Assembly (NCBI RefSeq): GCF_018350175.1
Contig: NC_058368.1
Location: 38,380,001 to 38,444,000, forward strand
Direction: 5' to 3'
DNA from: Felis catus
Lineage: Eukaryota
Length of the DNA stretch: 64,000 nucleotides
Every line of letters starts with the position of its first letter. The stretch's first letter is position 1. Shown piece after piece: positions 62,561 to 64,000 of this stretch. The position numbers and the translations under genes are program-made. The notes under the pieces were generated by a model that saw nothing but the letters and a program-made list of their open reading frames with translations, was not told the origin of the DNA and made no database searches.

Positions 62561-63575
62561 TCAATAAAAGAGCCATCAGTTATTCTGCCAATGATACTAC
62601 CCTAAATATACTAGTAGTGTAATTCTTACTGATAGAACAATACTATGAGGGAAAGAAGAGATCAAGACTCGTTTTAATAGTAAGCTAATAAAGCAAAAAC
62701 CCTGAGGCAACAAGTGAGGAAGGCAGGTCTGTATGTGCTGACAGAAACAAGGCTGGATTTATTTTCCCTAGAGAGTTGGTGAAGCTTAGCCCACATAAGG
62801 AGCAGTGTGGCTAATAAGGAGAGACTGGCTGAGAGGGAGCAGGGAAGGCAGGAAATGGTGGTCTCACAGATAATCAGTTTCATGGGGAGGAATTCATGGC
62901 GTATGCTCTAGTGCCTTTGCAGTCTGCTGGAATCATGACCAAGTACTCCCTCTACCACCACCTGGAAAGAAAATGTACTAGAGACAGAGCTATTATATCA
63001 AATAGAGGATGTGCAGTTCAATCTGCATACAGGATCAACAATTTTTTAAATATATGTCCCAAATATCAAATGGGATATATTTTTATTTTTTAAGAAAAAT
63101 CCACGGTGTTTGATTCATCTTTAAATGACATACTACATTTTTATTGCCAAAATCTTGACCATCATACATGTTCTCACAGTACCCAGAGGACAAGTCAAGG
63201 CAAGCTCAAAATTCTGTTGTGGAATAAAGGCAAAAAATAGTCCACTCATCTCTTCTTGGGGTTGAACTGAGCATTTAGAGCCCCCACAACTGTGACAAGA
63301 GGAAGGGGTTGAGTACTCCTGCTGCAACTGTATAATTTTCCCTAATAAATACATTGCAAAGGGGTAAAAAGTATTTTCCTCATTTCCAATTAAAACTATC
63401 TCAAGTTGAGATATAAAACTTCATCTGACTCTCTTGGGGAAGAGGGAGCAGTTAACATTTTCTAAACTCAAGTCAATGTCTCACATTCCGAAATTTGCTT
63501 TAGTTGATTTACATTCTCCCTATCATTTTTCTAGAAGTGAAATAAGAATTTCTTCAGATCCTTATCTATACGGAT

Positions 63576-63652
63576 TTTTTTTTTTAGTAGGCTCCACACT
63601 AGGCTCTGTCCAGTGCTAGGCTTGACCTCACCACCCTCAGATCAAGACCCTG
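63576..63652 (-). mobile_element. Can-SINE fragment
   Basis: tttttagtaggctccacac...ggcttgacctcaccaccctcagatcaagaccctg. Confidence 0.7.
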
Positions 63653-64000
63653 TTCTTGGTCTTAATGCCTTTGGGTGTAGATGCAGCTGTTTATTTTAAA
63701 TTATTAATACTATCCACTCAAAAGTACTGAATTCCAATCTCACTTAACTGTTAAAAAATTCTGTTTCACTCTAAGCTCTCCTCAAAGCACCCAAATGTAT
63801 TGATTTGAGGAGTATTTGGAAGGTTTTCCTTATTTGAAAAAAAAAACTTGTGTATCAGCATATTTCTGAGATTTGGGGGGCTCCAAATTTATATACTTTT
63901 CATAGCATAGCAATAAATGTAATTTCAAGCTATTAAAAATTTGGGGGACATACATGGTAGTGATTGACAAAATCCCATGTGGTTCTACAGAAAAAGTACA

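Overview
This is AT-rich mammalian genomic DNA, almost certainly from a felid (cat family). The basis is about 33 tRNA-derived Can-SINE copies with felid-type heads and (CT)n/poly-A tails, plus carnivore-type L1 3' ends. The window looks like a long intron or gene-poor region. It also holds older L1M, L2, MIR and MLT1 fragments, probable MER94 and MamSINE1 remnants, and microsatellites. I cannot identify any protein-coding gene. The ORFs in the track come from SINEs, L1 ORF2 fragments, low-complexity sequence or chance. I see no CRISPR array, RNA gene or novel multi-gene system. The most notable structures are: three SINEs inserted successively at one ~20-bp site; a SINE with a ~660-bp expanded pyrimidine tract; a twin-primed (5'-inverted) L1 with junction duplications; a templated complex duplication; closely spaced inverted SINE pairs; and a few candidate minus-strand small exons, the best being a 27-nt one at 51895-51921. 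Repeat family names come from recalled consensus motifs, not a database search, and boundaries of old repeats are approximate.
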